IMG/VR virus record: IMGVR_UViG_3300027733_000173 | Location: 1-27,730 of that record | Length of the DNA: 27,730 nt | Strand: one strand, 5' to 3' | Source of the DNA: a virus | Taxonomy: Duplodnaviria > Caudoviricetes | Shown here: one piece after another, positions 1 through 7,455 of the stretch | Position numbering within the stretch: position 1 is the stretch's first letter | Layout: the number at the start of each line of letters is the position of its first letter | The notes under the pieces: model-generated | What the model was told of the DNA's origin: nothing | Database searches by the model: none | Seen by the model: the letters and a program-made list of their open reading frames with translations, nothing else | Program-made: the position numbers and the translations under genes

Positions 1-264
1 TTACTTCGCGCGCGCAGTTAGGTCAATTTAAAAATAGTATGGACACAGCACATGAAATTGCAGTGGAAGTTTGGAATAACTACATTGCAAGACCACAAAA
101 TAATCCTGATCTACTTCGGCAATGGGTATGCCCTCAGCAACTATAAGCACTATACTTACTTCGCGCGCGCAGTTAGGTCAATTTAAAAATAGTATGGACA
201 CAGCACATGAAATTGCAGTGGAAGTTTGGAATAACTACATTGCAAGACCACAAAATAATCCTGA
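1..264 (+). repeat. Exact 109-bp direct repeat (1-109 and 156-264)
   Basis: TTACTTCGCG...TAATCCTGA occurs twice with a 155-bp offset at the window edge; probably an assembly or chimera artefact. Confidence 0.9.
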
Positions 265-328
265 AGAACATAAGTTTAGCTTCAAGGATTTAGAAAAAAT
301 GATTAAACTAAAACTTGAAAAGATGTAG
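122..328 (+). CDS. Hypothetical protein, probably the 3' part of a gene truncated at the repeat junction
   Basis: The frame stays open upstream of the ATG until a TGA at 107-109, exactly at the repeat junction. Confidence 0.5.
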   Translation: MGMPSATISTILTSRAQLGQFKNSMDTAHEIAVEVWNNYIARPQNNPEEHKFSFKDLEKMIKLKLEKM

Positions 329-329
329 T

Positions 330-524
330 ATGGAACAAGTTATTAGTAAAAGATCTAAATATATCTTTCAACACAGAGCTACCAAAGCTAGATTATCATT
401 TGAAGCAGAATCTGATCAAGAAGCCATTATGACTTTAGGAAGATTATGCCAGACTGTTATGGATTGGGATATGAGAAAGTTTAGACTTAGTAAAAACAAA
501 AGAAAGAAACTTAAAAATAAATAA
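330..524 (+). CDS. Hypothetical basic protein
   Basis: ORF track 315..524; the ATG at 330 (MEQVISK) directly follows the previous stop and is the more likely start. Confidence 0.6.
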   Translation: MEQVISKRSKYIFQHRATKARLSFEAESDQEAIMTLGRLCQTVMDWDMRKFRLSKNKRKKLKNK

Positions 525-526
525 TT

Positions 527-958
527 ATGTGGAAAATTAATAAAGATGGTAAACAAATGGAGTTTACAGAAGAAATGATACCAGAAAATGCAGTTGGATT
601 CGTTTATCGCATGACAGCAGTAATAGATGGTAAGTTTGTAATGTATATTGGTAAAAAGAATTTCTATGCCGATGTAAAGACTAAACTTGGTAAAAAAGAA
701 ATGCCTACCGATAAAAGATTGAAACAATACAAACGTGTAAGGAAGTTCACTTACAAAAATTACTATAGTTCCAATGAAGTATTAAAAGAACATTATAAGA
801 ATGGTGGTGAAATACATCGTACTATACTGGAGATATGTTACTCTAAAATTTCATTAACTTATTGCGAATGCAAACATTTATTCATCAATGAAGTGCTAGA
901 AGAAGAAAGTTATTTGAATAATAATATACTTGGAAAGTTCTATAAAACAACAAGTTAA
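527..958 (+). CDS. GIY-YIG-like endonuclease
   Basis: GFVY-x(12)-YIGKK motif, later YYSS, conserved E (YCE) and YLNNNI, typical of small phage GIY-YIG proteins. Confidence 0.7.
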   Translation: MWKINKDGKQMEFTEEMIPENAVGFVYRMTAVIDGKFVMYIGKKNFYADVKTKLGKKEMPTDKRLKQYKRVRKFTYKNYYSSNEVLKEHYKNGGEIHRTILEICYSKISLTYCECKHLFINEVLEEESYLNNNILGKFYKTTS

Positions 959-969
959 GTGTTAGATAT

Positions 970-1030
970 AAAATAAATGATTTTTTTTATGTAAAAAAGA
1001 TTGTTTATCCACAAAAGTTGTGTAGATTTG
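970..1030 (+). promoter_or_regulatory. Bacteroidota-type promoter with a shared upstream 20-mer
   Basis: TTG at 1001-1003, 19-nt spacer, TAGATTTG at 1023-1030; AAAATAAATGATTTTTTTTA at 970-989. Confidence 0.7.
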
Positions 1031-1052
1031 TAAAAACAAAAGGCAAATAGTT

Positions 1053-1322
1053 ATGAACGTAATGTTAAAAAAAGCGATTGAGTTCGCAGAAAATCTTGAA
1101 GGTAAAGCTACCCAAGACAAAATTGATGAGTTTCACAACTTAATCAGATGTGTTATTTCCGAAGTGGAAAATACAGCCAAAGTAAACCATCCAACCATGT
1201 CATATACAGCTATGAAGTGTGAATTTGAGTCGATGGTAGTGTTATTATTGTTTAAAATGTTATTCAATAAGGAAAGACAAAATAGAACAGTAGAGTTATT
1301 AATCAATAATTTAAAATCGTAA
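1053..1322 (+). CDS. Hypothetical protein
   Basis: 89-aa ORF after the promoter; TAATG overlap with the next gene. Confidence 0.7.
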   Translation: MNVMLKKAIEFAENLEGKATQDKIDEFHNLIRCVISEVENTAKVNHPTMSYTAMKCEFESMVVLLLFKMLFNKERQNRTVELLINNLKS

Positions 1323-1519
1323 TGGAAAAAAGATGTACAATCTTGCTTACTCCAGAGGTAACAGAAGCGATGGATATTGCATTTGCAATTGGGTTTCAGA
1401 AGCAAGAAAAAGAAAGGGTAAAAACAAAACCACAGCAAATTGCATACGCACTAGAGTTGTTAGCAAAGTTGCACAAGCAAAACAAAATAGATAATGTATT
1501 ATTAATCGGTTTAAAATAA
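1322..1519 (+). CDS. Small hypothetical protein, possibly ribbon-helix-helix DNA-binding
   Basis: 65 aa; KRCTILLTPEV N-terminal strand followed by predicted helices. The fold call is weak. Confidence 0.6.
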   Translation: MEKRCTILLTPEVTEAMDIAFAIGFQKQEKERVKTKPQQIAYALELLAKLHKQNKIDNVLLIGLK

Positions 1520-1525
1520 AGAAAG

Positions 1526-2101
1526 ATGGAAGGTTTAGAATTAGAAATGAATGGTGCTACTTACGTTTTAGCAAAGATTCAAAATGAAGTTAAAGTATTG
1601 AAAAACAACTACAATGCTTTTGGTAAATACAAGTTCCGTTCCGTAGAGGATATTCAAGTTGCTGTAAAACCAATTTTACTACAATATGAATCGGTAATCG
1701 TACTTTCAGATTCAGTAATTGAACTATGCAACATTCCAGTTATACAAGCACAAGCAAAGTTTATTTGTCCATTTGGAGAGATTCACGTTACAGCACAAGC
1801 AGGAGTTGATATTCATAAAAAAGGTATGGATATTCCACAAACTTTTGGTACTGCAAGTTCTTACGCTAGAAAGTATGCTTTAGGTGGTTTATTATTGCTA
1901 GATGATGTTGCTGATTCAGATGCTACAAATAGTCATAAGGATGAACCTAAAAAAGTATTACCAACTTGTTCAGATTTATTATTTGAAAAAGCAATAGCAC
2001 GTTTTGAAGGTGGTGAAGCAGATATTTTTACTAAGTTGGCTACTACTTATACTTTGACTGGTAAACAAGCGTTAGAAATTAAAGCTATTACAAATGGATG
2101 A
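1526..2101 (+). CDS. erf: ERF-family single-strand annealing protein
   Basis: N-terminal YNAFGKYKFRSVEDI and the ERF signature GTASSYARKYALGGLLLLDDVADSD. Confidence 0.9.
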   Translation: MEGLELEMNGATYVLAKIQNEVKVLKNNYNAFGKYKFRSVEDIQVAVKPILLQYESVIVLSDSVIELCNIPVIQAQAKFICPFGEIHVTAQAGVDIHKKGMDIPQTFGTASSYARKYALGGLLLLDDVADSDATNSHKDEPKKVLPTCSDLLFEKAIARFEGGEADIFTKLATTYTLTGKQALEIKAITNG

Positions 2102-2183
2102 GTTGTACATGGAAATGCTTATGCAAGACCCAGAATACATGATGCAATTAGAATGGGATCAGTCAAATGTTCCCAGTAATTAA
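2094..2183 (+). CDS. 29-aa acidic, Met-rich micro-ORF
   Basis: MDELYMEMLMQDPEYMMQLEWDQSNVPSN; start overlaps the erf stop region and the ORF fills the gap; not in the ORF track. Confidence 0.5.
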   Translation: MDELYMEMLMQDPEYMMQLEWDQSNVPSN

Positions 2184-2200
2184 CTTAAAAAGAAAGAAAG

Positions 2201-2443
2201 ATGGAAAAGATATATTGGACAATGAAAGATGGTACTAACATATCAATTGATGATATGGATATTAATCATCTTAGAAACTCTTTAAAAATGGTAGTTAGAG
2301 GGTTTGAAAGATTACAAAAAGAACAGCAAAAAAAGAAGTCGAAACCTAAATTTGAATTAAAGGGTAATATTGCACAAGACCACTTTGATGTGATGATGGA
2401 TAATGAGTATGCTAATGACATGGGTTATTTTCAAGGATTATAA
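2201..2443 (+). CDS. Phage hypothetical protein
   Basis: 80 aa with WTMKDG...IDDMDINHLRN; A-rich leader. Confidence 0.7.
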   Translation: MEKIYWTMKDGTNISIDDMDINHLRNSLKMVVRGFERLQKEQQKKKSKPKFELKGNIAQDHFDVMMDNEYANDMGYFQGL

Positions 2444-2462
2444 ATAAATAAATAAAAGCAAG

Positions 2463-3068
2463 ATGAAAGAAGTAAATTTAGAGCAAGGAACAAGAGAGTG
2501 GTTAGAAGCAAGAAAAGGTAAGATCACTGGAACAAGGCTAAAAGATGTTTTAAAGACTGATAACCTACCTGCAATTTACGAAATGATAGCTGAATTAGGT
2601 TCAGATGAAATAGAAGAAACATTTGTAAATAAAGCAATGCAAAGGGGAAAAGATTGCGAACCTATCGCAATATCACTTTACCAACATATGACTGGAGAAG
2701 TGATCGATAGTGTTGGATTCTGTATTAGTGAAGAAAATGAAATGTTGGCTTTATCTCCAGATGGATTCACAGCAGATAGAACTGGTGCAATAGAAGTTAA
2801 ATCACCAAATACAGCTACTCATGTTAAATACATTCTTGGTGATAGAGTTCCGAGTGAGTACCTTCCGCAAGTGATGAATTACTTTCTTGTAAATACAAAA
2901 TTAGAGTGGTTAGACTTCATTTCTTTTGATGATAGATATAAGCCTAAACAAATCTGGATTAAACGTGTTACAAGGGAAGAATTGCAAGACCAACTTGTAG
3001 AAGTAAATCAAAAAATAAATAAGTTCGTTGATAAATTCAATAAATACTACGAAAAAATAAATTTTTAA
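2463..3068 (+). CDS. YqaJ/lambda-exonuclease-like recombination nuclease
   Basis: EQGTREWLEARKGKITGT, AMQRG..CEP, SPDG, IEVKSP and QV motifs; lies near the ERF gene. Confidence 0.92.
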   Translation: MKEVNLEQGTREWLEARKGKITGTRLKDVLKTDNLPAIYEMIAELGSDEIEETFVNKAMQRGKDCEPIAISLYQHMTGEVIDSVGFCISEENEMLALSPDGFTADRTGAIEVKSPNTATHVKYILGDRVPSEYLPQVMNYFLVNTKLEWLDFISFDDRYKPKQIWIKRVTREELQDQLVEVNQKINKFVDKFNKYYEKINF

Positions 3069-3077
3069 TTAAATAGA

Positions 3078-3323
3078 ATGAAAAATTTAGAACAATTAGC
3101 AAAAGAATTGCAAGAGCAAATTCAAAATGGTGCAAGTATTTCAGACATAATACAATTGCTATCAAATGTAAAACCAAATGACTTTGAAAGTGCATGCAGA
3201 CCACTAATGAAGTATTTATGTGAAAATCATCACCCACACATGAAAGTAATTGTAGAGGGCAATTGTGCAGTATTACTTGAAGGTGAAAAATGTTTTAATA
3301 CTAATGAATATATTTTAGATTAA
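3078..3323 (+). CDS. Hypothetical protein
   Basis: 81-aa ORF in a tight operon, containing ACRPLMKYLCENHHPH. Confidence 0.7.
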   Translation: MKNLEQLAKELQEQIQNGASISDIIQLLSNVKPNDFESACRPLMKYLCENHHPHMKVIVEGNCAVLLEGEKCFNTNEYILD

Positions 3324-3324
3324 T

Positions 3325-3579
3325 ATGGTAATACATGATAGTTCTGTTTGGATAGAACCAAAAATAATTAAAGAATGGTATCAGTTGGAAGTAATAAGTC
3401 AATGGGATTGGGATTCAAAAGCAATTTGTTTTAAACAAATAGGCAATGATATAATTAGTTATAAACTATGTCATCATATTGCAGATGCTGAAAAACAACC
3501 TTATTTATCTTGTAAGACCGTAGATATTATTACTGATGAGATGAAAGAAGAATTAATTAATCAAGGTTATACAATTTAA
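3325..3579 (+). CDS. Hypothetical protein
   Basis: 84-aa ORF starting 1 nt after the previous stop. Confidence 0.65.
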   Translation: MVIHDSSVWIEPKIIKEWYQLEVISQWDWDSKAICFKQIGNDIISYKLCHHIADAEKQPYLSCKTVDIITDEMKEELINQGYTI

Positions 3580-3591
3580 AAAATAGAAATT

Positions 3592-3732
3592 ATGATCGAA
3601 TTAATTGTAGGTGGATTTATTTATTATGTAATAAATACTATCGAAAAGGACAGAAAGCAAATGCAACGTGTAAAAAAAATGAAAGAAAAGTATTTTACAG
3701 ATGATAGACCAAAATATTATACAAGTTTATGA
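3592..3732 (+). CDS. 46-aa small protein with a hydrophobic N-terminus
   Basis: MIELIVGGFIYYVINTIEKDRKQMQRVKKMKEKYFTDDRPKYYTSL; ATGA overlap with the next ORF; not in the ORF track. Confidence 0.6.
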   Translation: MIELIVGGFIYYVINTIEKDRKQMQRVKKMKEKYFTDDRPKYYTSL

Positions 3733-3794
3733 AATTAGCAAGAATTATACTGGCGATTATAGTAATAACAATTACAATACTATTTGTATTATGA
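3729..3794 (+). CDS. 21-aa single-transmembrane micropeptide
   Basis: MKLARIILAIIVITITILFVL; ATGA overlaps at both ends. Confidence 0.6.
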   Translation: MKLARIILAIIVITITILFVL

Positions 3795-4045
3795 CAAGTG
3801 ATTATGCAAGAAAATTAGCTACGGAAGATTTAACGCGTAGACTACAAAGGCAACCATTCAACACTACGATACTAAACGAGTTGAATAGACGCGCTACAAG
3901 GATTAGTAAGTGCCAAATAGAAGGGCAAAAAAGACTAGATAAAGAGAAAGCAAAGTATGATTCAGAGGAGAATATGCTGAATGATTTTACTTGTTGTTAT
4001 GAAGATTTAAGTCCAAGCGAAAAAGTAATATATGATAGATTATGA
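3791..4045 (+). CDS. Hypothetical protein (84 aa)
   Basis: ORF track 3701..4045; start reassigned to 3791 (MTSDYARK) from the ATGA coupling. Confidence 0.65.
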   Translation: MTSDYARKLATEDLTRRLQRQPFNTTILNELNRRATRISKCQIEGQKRLDKEKAKYDSEENMLNDFTCCYEDLSPSEKVIYDRL

Positions 4046-4269
4046 AAAAATGTTTCACCTGTAGGAATAACTACCCCATGTTTTTTTATCATTTAGATGA
4101 GTCTAAATACAAGATAAAAGCAAATAAGGGTAAGACTATCGAATGCAGATTTTGTTCACTTAAACGCAATATATTAGATAAAGGGTTTACGCATCGAATA
4201 GATGGGAAGTTTGAATTTGTACCAATGAGTAAAATAGAAATATTAAAATATGTTGTGTCCAAATTGTAA
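4042..4269 (+). CDS. Putative zinc-binding protein
   Basis: CFTC and CRFC pairs; ATGA overlap. Confidence 0.65.
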   Translation: MKKCFTCRNNYPMFFYHLDESKYKIKANKGKTIECRFCSLKRNILDKGFTHRIDGKFEFVPMSKIEILKYVVSKL

Positions 4270-4459
4270 CTCTAAAACGTCGTGTGGTTGCAAGTCATGT
4301 GCTGAAAGACCATCTGAATTTAAAAAAAACATAATGGAAGAAAATAATATCACTTGTGGCTATTGTGGATTCACAAATTCTTTTGATATTTGGCTCGATT
4401 TTGAATACAAAAGATATGATGCCACCAATGACGTGCGGAAAAATAAATCAAGCGATTGA
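4250..4459 (+). CDS. Putative Cys-rich zinc-finger protein
   Basis: CPNC, CGCKSC and CGYC motifs. Confidence 0.6.
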   Translation: MLCPNCNSKTSCGCKSCAERPSEFKKNIMEENNITCGYCGFTNSFDIWLDFEYKRYDATNDVRKNKSSD

Positions 4460-4589
4460 ATTAGTGATTGAATCCGATTTAGAAAACTATGATAAAGATT
4501 TAATTGTAGATAGCTTAGAACGTGTTAGACGTGATAACATAAGGCTACGTGAAGCCGTAAATGAATTAAAAGAAATAAAACCAGTATAG
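4416..4589 (+). CDS. Hypothetical protein with coiled-coil C-terminus
   Basis: ORF track 4356..4589; first ATG is at 4416 (MMPPMTCGKIN). Confidence 0.6.
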   Translation: MMPPMTCGKINQAIELVIESDLENYDKDLIVDSLERVRRDNIRLREAVNELKEIKPV

Positions 4590-4631
4590 TTTAATATTAA
4601 TTATGAGGGTAATTGTTTAAAATAGGTTTTC

Positions 4632-4659
4632 CCCAATCTTTAATTAGGTTGGGTTTTTT
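4632..4659 (+). terminator. Intrinsic terminator
   Basis: CCCAATCT-ttaatt-AGGTTGGG followed by T6. Confidence 0.75.
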
Positions 4660-4691
4660 CGTTTTAGGTGATGAGGTGTAGGAATTTCAGA

Positions 4692-4881
4692 TTAGAAAAA
4701 TTAGTATAGCCCTCCAGAATTTTTAGTGTAGTTTTTTGTATTTAGAAAAATTAATCCAGTTTTCTGTATCCAGAATTTTACGTTTCATTTTTTCACTTTC
4801 AAAAAATTCGACTAGTTTTTTCAGTTTGGAAAATTTAGTCTAGCTATCTCAATTTCAGAATTTCCATTTTTGTATATACAG
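4692..4881. repeat. Degenerate 28-bp tandem repeat array
   Basis: Units start at 4714, 4742, 4770, 4798 and 4826, with partial units at 4692 and 4854; consensus about YYAGAAWWWTTAGTCTAGTTTTTTSWNT. Confidence 0.75.
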
Positions 4882-5044
4882 AATCAAAAGAACCAGTACA
4901 GGGTAATAAGTGTTATTTAGAATCATTCTATGTAATAATCCAATCCAATCAATCAAAAATAAATATTACAAAAGACTTGTTTAATTAAAAAATAGTTTTA
5001 TACACGTGTACACGCATTCATATTAATAGAAAGGTTATTTATGT

Positions 5045-5130
5045 TAATTAGTTGATTATCAGTAAAGAAGAAAATAAATGATTTTTTTTAATCTTTTTTG
5101 TGTAAAATGTAAAAAGTATTCGTATATTTG
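5045..5130 (+). promoter_or_regulatory. Promoter of the small-gene island, with an IHF-like site and the shared 20-mer
   Basis: TAATTAGTTGATT (5045-5057) matches YAANNNNTTGATW; 20-mer at 5071-5090; TTTG at 5097-5100; TATATTTG at 5123-5130. Confidence 0.7.
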
Positions 5131-5173
5131 TATAAGAGAAAGAAACAAAGAAATTAATTAAAACAAAAAAGCC

Positions 5174-5449
5174 ATGAAAAGAATGATTTTAATAGCAGCA
5201 GTTTTCGCACTGGTAAGCTGTAAGAAAGAACAAAATACATTTAATTATACTTACAGATATACGACGGAAGAAAGCGAAGAATATAGAAAAGAAAATAAAT
5301 TAAAAGAGTTTTTTATTACTTCATTAACTGAATTTAATGAAATATTATCCAGTACAGAAATAGAAAATGAAAGAACTTTTTTAAGAGAATCAAAAGCAAA
5401 AAAAAACATAGTTGTAATAAATGATACTTTATTTATTACAGCGAAATAA
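5174..5449 (+). CDS. Putative lipoprotein
   Basis: MKRMILIAAVFALVS-C-KKE: basic n-region, hydrophobic h-region and lipobox Cys16. Confidence 0.75.
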   Translation: MKRMILIAAVFALVSCKKEQNTFNYTYRYTTEESEEYRKENKLKEFFITSLTEFNEILSSTEIENERTFLRESKAKKNIVVINDTLFITAK

Positions 5450-5478
5450 TTAATATAAACCTATAAAAAAAAGAAACC

Positions 5479-5835
5479 ATGGAAACAAGAAACGAAAAAT
5501 TAAAAGAATTGTTAAAAGACAATTATTTATTAAATGATTATCTAGACTGTGATAATTTATTAAATGATGTAATAAATGATGTTTGGGAGTTAATCGATGC
5601 TGTACAAGAAGATATAAACGAGGTTGAGGTTATATACTACATTGAAGCAATGAAGCTATTAAATGTACATGATACAAGCTTGACAATCAGTTTAAGCCTT
5701 GCAAGTGATTTTGGATATAATACAATCGATTTAAATTCTGAAATATTAGCAACCTTGTTAATACAACAGATGTTAACTGAAGAGTTAAACACAGTAATAG
5801 AGGAAATAGAAAAACAAAATATTTTTAACGATTAA
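5479..5835 (+). CDS. Highly acidic protein, possible Ocr-like DNA mimic
   Basis: 118 aa with 26 D/E versus 6 K/R; central VIYYIEA. The CDS is solid; the function is inferred. Confidence 0.6.
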   Translation: METRNEKLKELLKDNYLLNDYLDCDNLLNDVINDVWELIDAVQEDINEVEVIYYIEAMKLLNVHDTSLTISLSLASDFGYNTIDLNSEILATLLIQQMLTEELNTVIEEIEKQNIFND

Positions 5836-5846
5836 AACTAAATAAC

Positions 5847-5987
5847 ATGGAAACGCAAAACATAACTTTATTTATCGAAAGCATAAATAATAAGATAACA
5901 CAACTGGAAAGAACAAACGATACGCTTGAAATTAGACGTTATAAGCGTATTTTAAGTATCTGTTGGGAAAACATATCAAAGAAATAA
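5847..5987 (+). CDS. 46-aa hypothetical protein
   Basis: METQNITLFIESINNKITQLERTNDTLEIRRYKRILSICWENISKK; A-rich leader; not in the ORF track. Confidence 0.6.
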   Translation: METQNITLFIESINNKITQLERTNDTLEIRRYKRILSICWENISKK

Positions 5988-6011
5988 TTTAAACCTTTAA
6001 AACGAAAGAAA

Positions 6012-6185
6012 ATGAAAGCAACAGCAAACAAATCGGCTAGAACATACACGTTACGCGTGGATGGTAACAAGTACCGCACGATCAAAATGGATAAGCAAGA
6101 ATTTAAAAGTGCTTATTACTGGACGAATAACGATTGGAAGCAATTTTTAAAAACAGATGAATATTTTATAGTTAAATCTAAATAG
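6012..6185 (+). CDS. 57-aa hypothetical protein
   Basis: MKATANKSARTYTLRVDGNKYRTIKMDKQEFKSAYYWTNNDWKQFLKTDEYFIVKSK; not in the ORF track. Confidence 0.65.
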   Translation: MKATANKSARTYTLRVDGNKYRTIKMDKQEFKSAYYWTNNDWKQFLKTDEYFIVKSK

Positions 6186-6205
6186 AAACAAAATAATTAA
6201 TTAAC

Positions 6206-6292
6206 ATGAATAGCATCCAGCAACTCACAGCCTTAATACTTATCTACGTAGGGTATACACTAATAAAACTAACTTTAATTAACTTAATATAA
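6206..6292 (+). CDS. 28-aa hydrophobic micropeptide
   Basis: MNSIQQLTALILIYVGYTLIKLTLINLI; fills the gap and has a TAAC-ATG context like its neighbours. Confidence 0.5.
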   Translation: MNSIQQLTALILIYVGYTLIKLTLINLI

Positions 6293-6299
6293 TATAACC

Positions 6300-6500
6300 A
6301 TGAACTACCAAGATTTTTTATTTTCTCAATTATTCATGAGACATATCGAAAATAATTCTACACAATATCAAGATTTAGAGTACGATTTAATATATCCCGA
6401 AGTATTAATACACAAAGAATTATATATAAATTCAAACTTTAATGTAGATACAATAGGGGAGTATGAATGTATAATTAATTACTTAACACAAACAATTTAA
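6300..6500 (+). CDS. Small acidic hypothetical protein
   Basis: 66-aa ORF in the operon. Confidence 0.65.
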   Translation: MNYQDFLFSQLFMRHIENNSTQYQDLEYDLIYPEVLIHKELYINSNFNVDTIGEYECIINYLTQTI

Positions 6501-6511
6501 TATAATATAAC

Positions 6512-6697
6512 ATGAAGACAATAAACGAAACATACCCACAAATTAAAGTGGGAACTATATTAATAAGTAAAGAACAAATTAAATACAAAGTAACACATAC
6601 ATTTGATTATACTATACAAGTTATAACAAACAACAATATCCCATACTCATTCAATACAACAGATATAAAACAAATGAAACTTAAAATATACGAATAA
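6512..6697 (+). CDS. Small hypothetical protein, beta-rich
   Basis: 61 aa; IKVGTILISKEQIKYKV is a pattern common in small SH3-like phage proteins. Confidence 0.6.
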   Translation: MKTINETYPQIKVGTILISKEQIKYKVTHTFDYTIQVITNNNIPYSFNTTDIKQMKLKIYE

Positions 6698-6720
6698 ACA
6701 TACATAACAAACAACATACC

Positions 6721-6751
6721 AAGCACTTACATATACGTAGGTGCTTTTTTT
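6721..6751 (+). terminator. Intrinsic terminator closing the island
   Basis: AAGCACTTAC-atatac-GTAGGTGCTT followed by a T tract. Confidence 0.8.
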
Positions 6752-7455
6752 ATGTCCATACATTACAATCCAATAAAAAACACACAAAAAACATTGACAA
6801 ACCATACATAAAATAGAAAATGAATTTACACAAAAGAATAAAACAACTTTGCACAAAACCACAAAAAACCAAGTTCGCACCATTTATACAAATCCACAAC
6901 AATTGCAATTTAAAAACCATCACCAGTTAAACACCAGTATCATCAAACTACAATCAAACCAACATACTTAATAATTTACTCAATACGTAACATCTTGAAA
7001 ATCAAGTGAGATAGGTACCCCCTTGCTCATGGAAAAATGTAACTGACCTATTTAGACCCCTCTATAAAATTTCTGATTTTAAACACTTTCCAATTAAAAA
7101 CTGCCTTAGAAATTTTTGATTTTTTTCTAATGCAATTTAAAAACACGTATAAAATTTTCGTGTAAATTATTGGGTGTGAATTAAAAGAGTGCAATCACGT
7201 GTAACCTACCCAGGGCGAAGCTTCTAAGCGAGCCAATCAGAACATTACAAAGTTTACTTTGGGATATAGTTACTCCAAGTTACCTAAGTGGGCAGGAGTG
7301 TCAATCGTTGTCGTAAAACGACGTTGTCAAACGACGAAGTGAAGTTACAAGAAATAATTGACATTGTCAAGTGTTTTAGTGATATATATGTAATTATTTG
7401 TTAAGTAGTTAGTTTATTGCATTGTGTATTTTTGTGTAATTTTTTAAATTAAGTG

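Noticed and set aside
4692-4881. CRISPR or mini-CRISPR array
   Set aside because: Units are contiguous and degenerate, with no conserved repeat/unique spacer alternation and no cas genes.
6647-6883. 78-aa minus-strand ORF
   Set aside because: Its V/C/F-rich sequence is a by-product of the C/A skew, and it crosses a terminator and a plus-strand gene.
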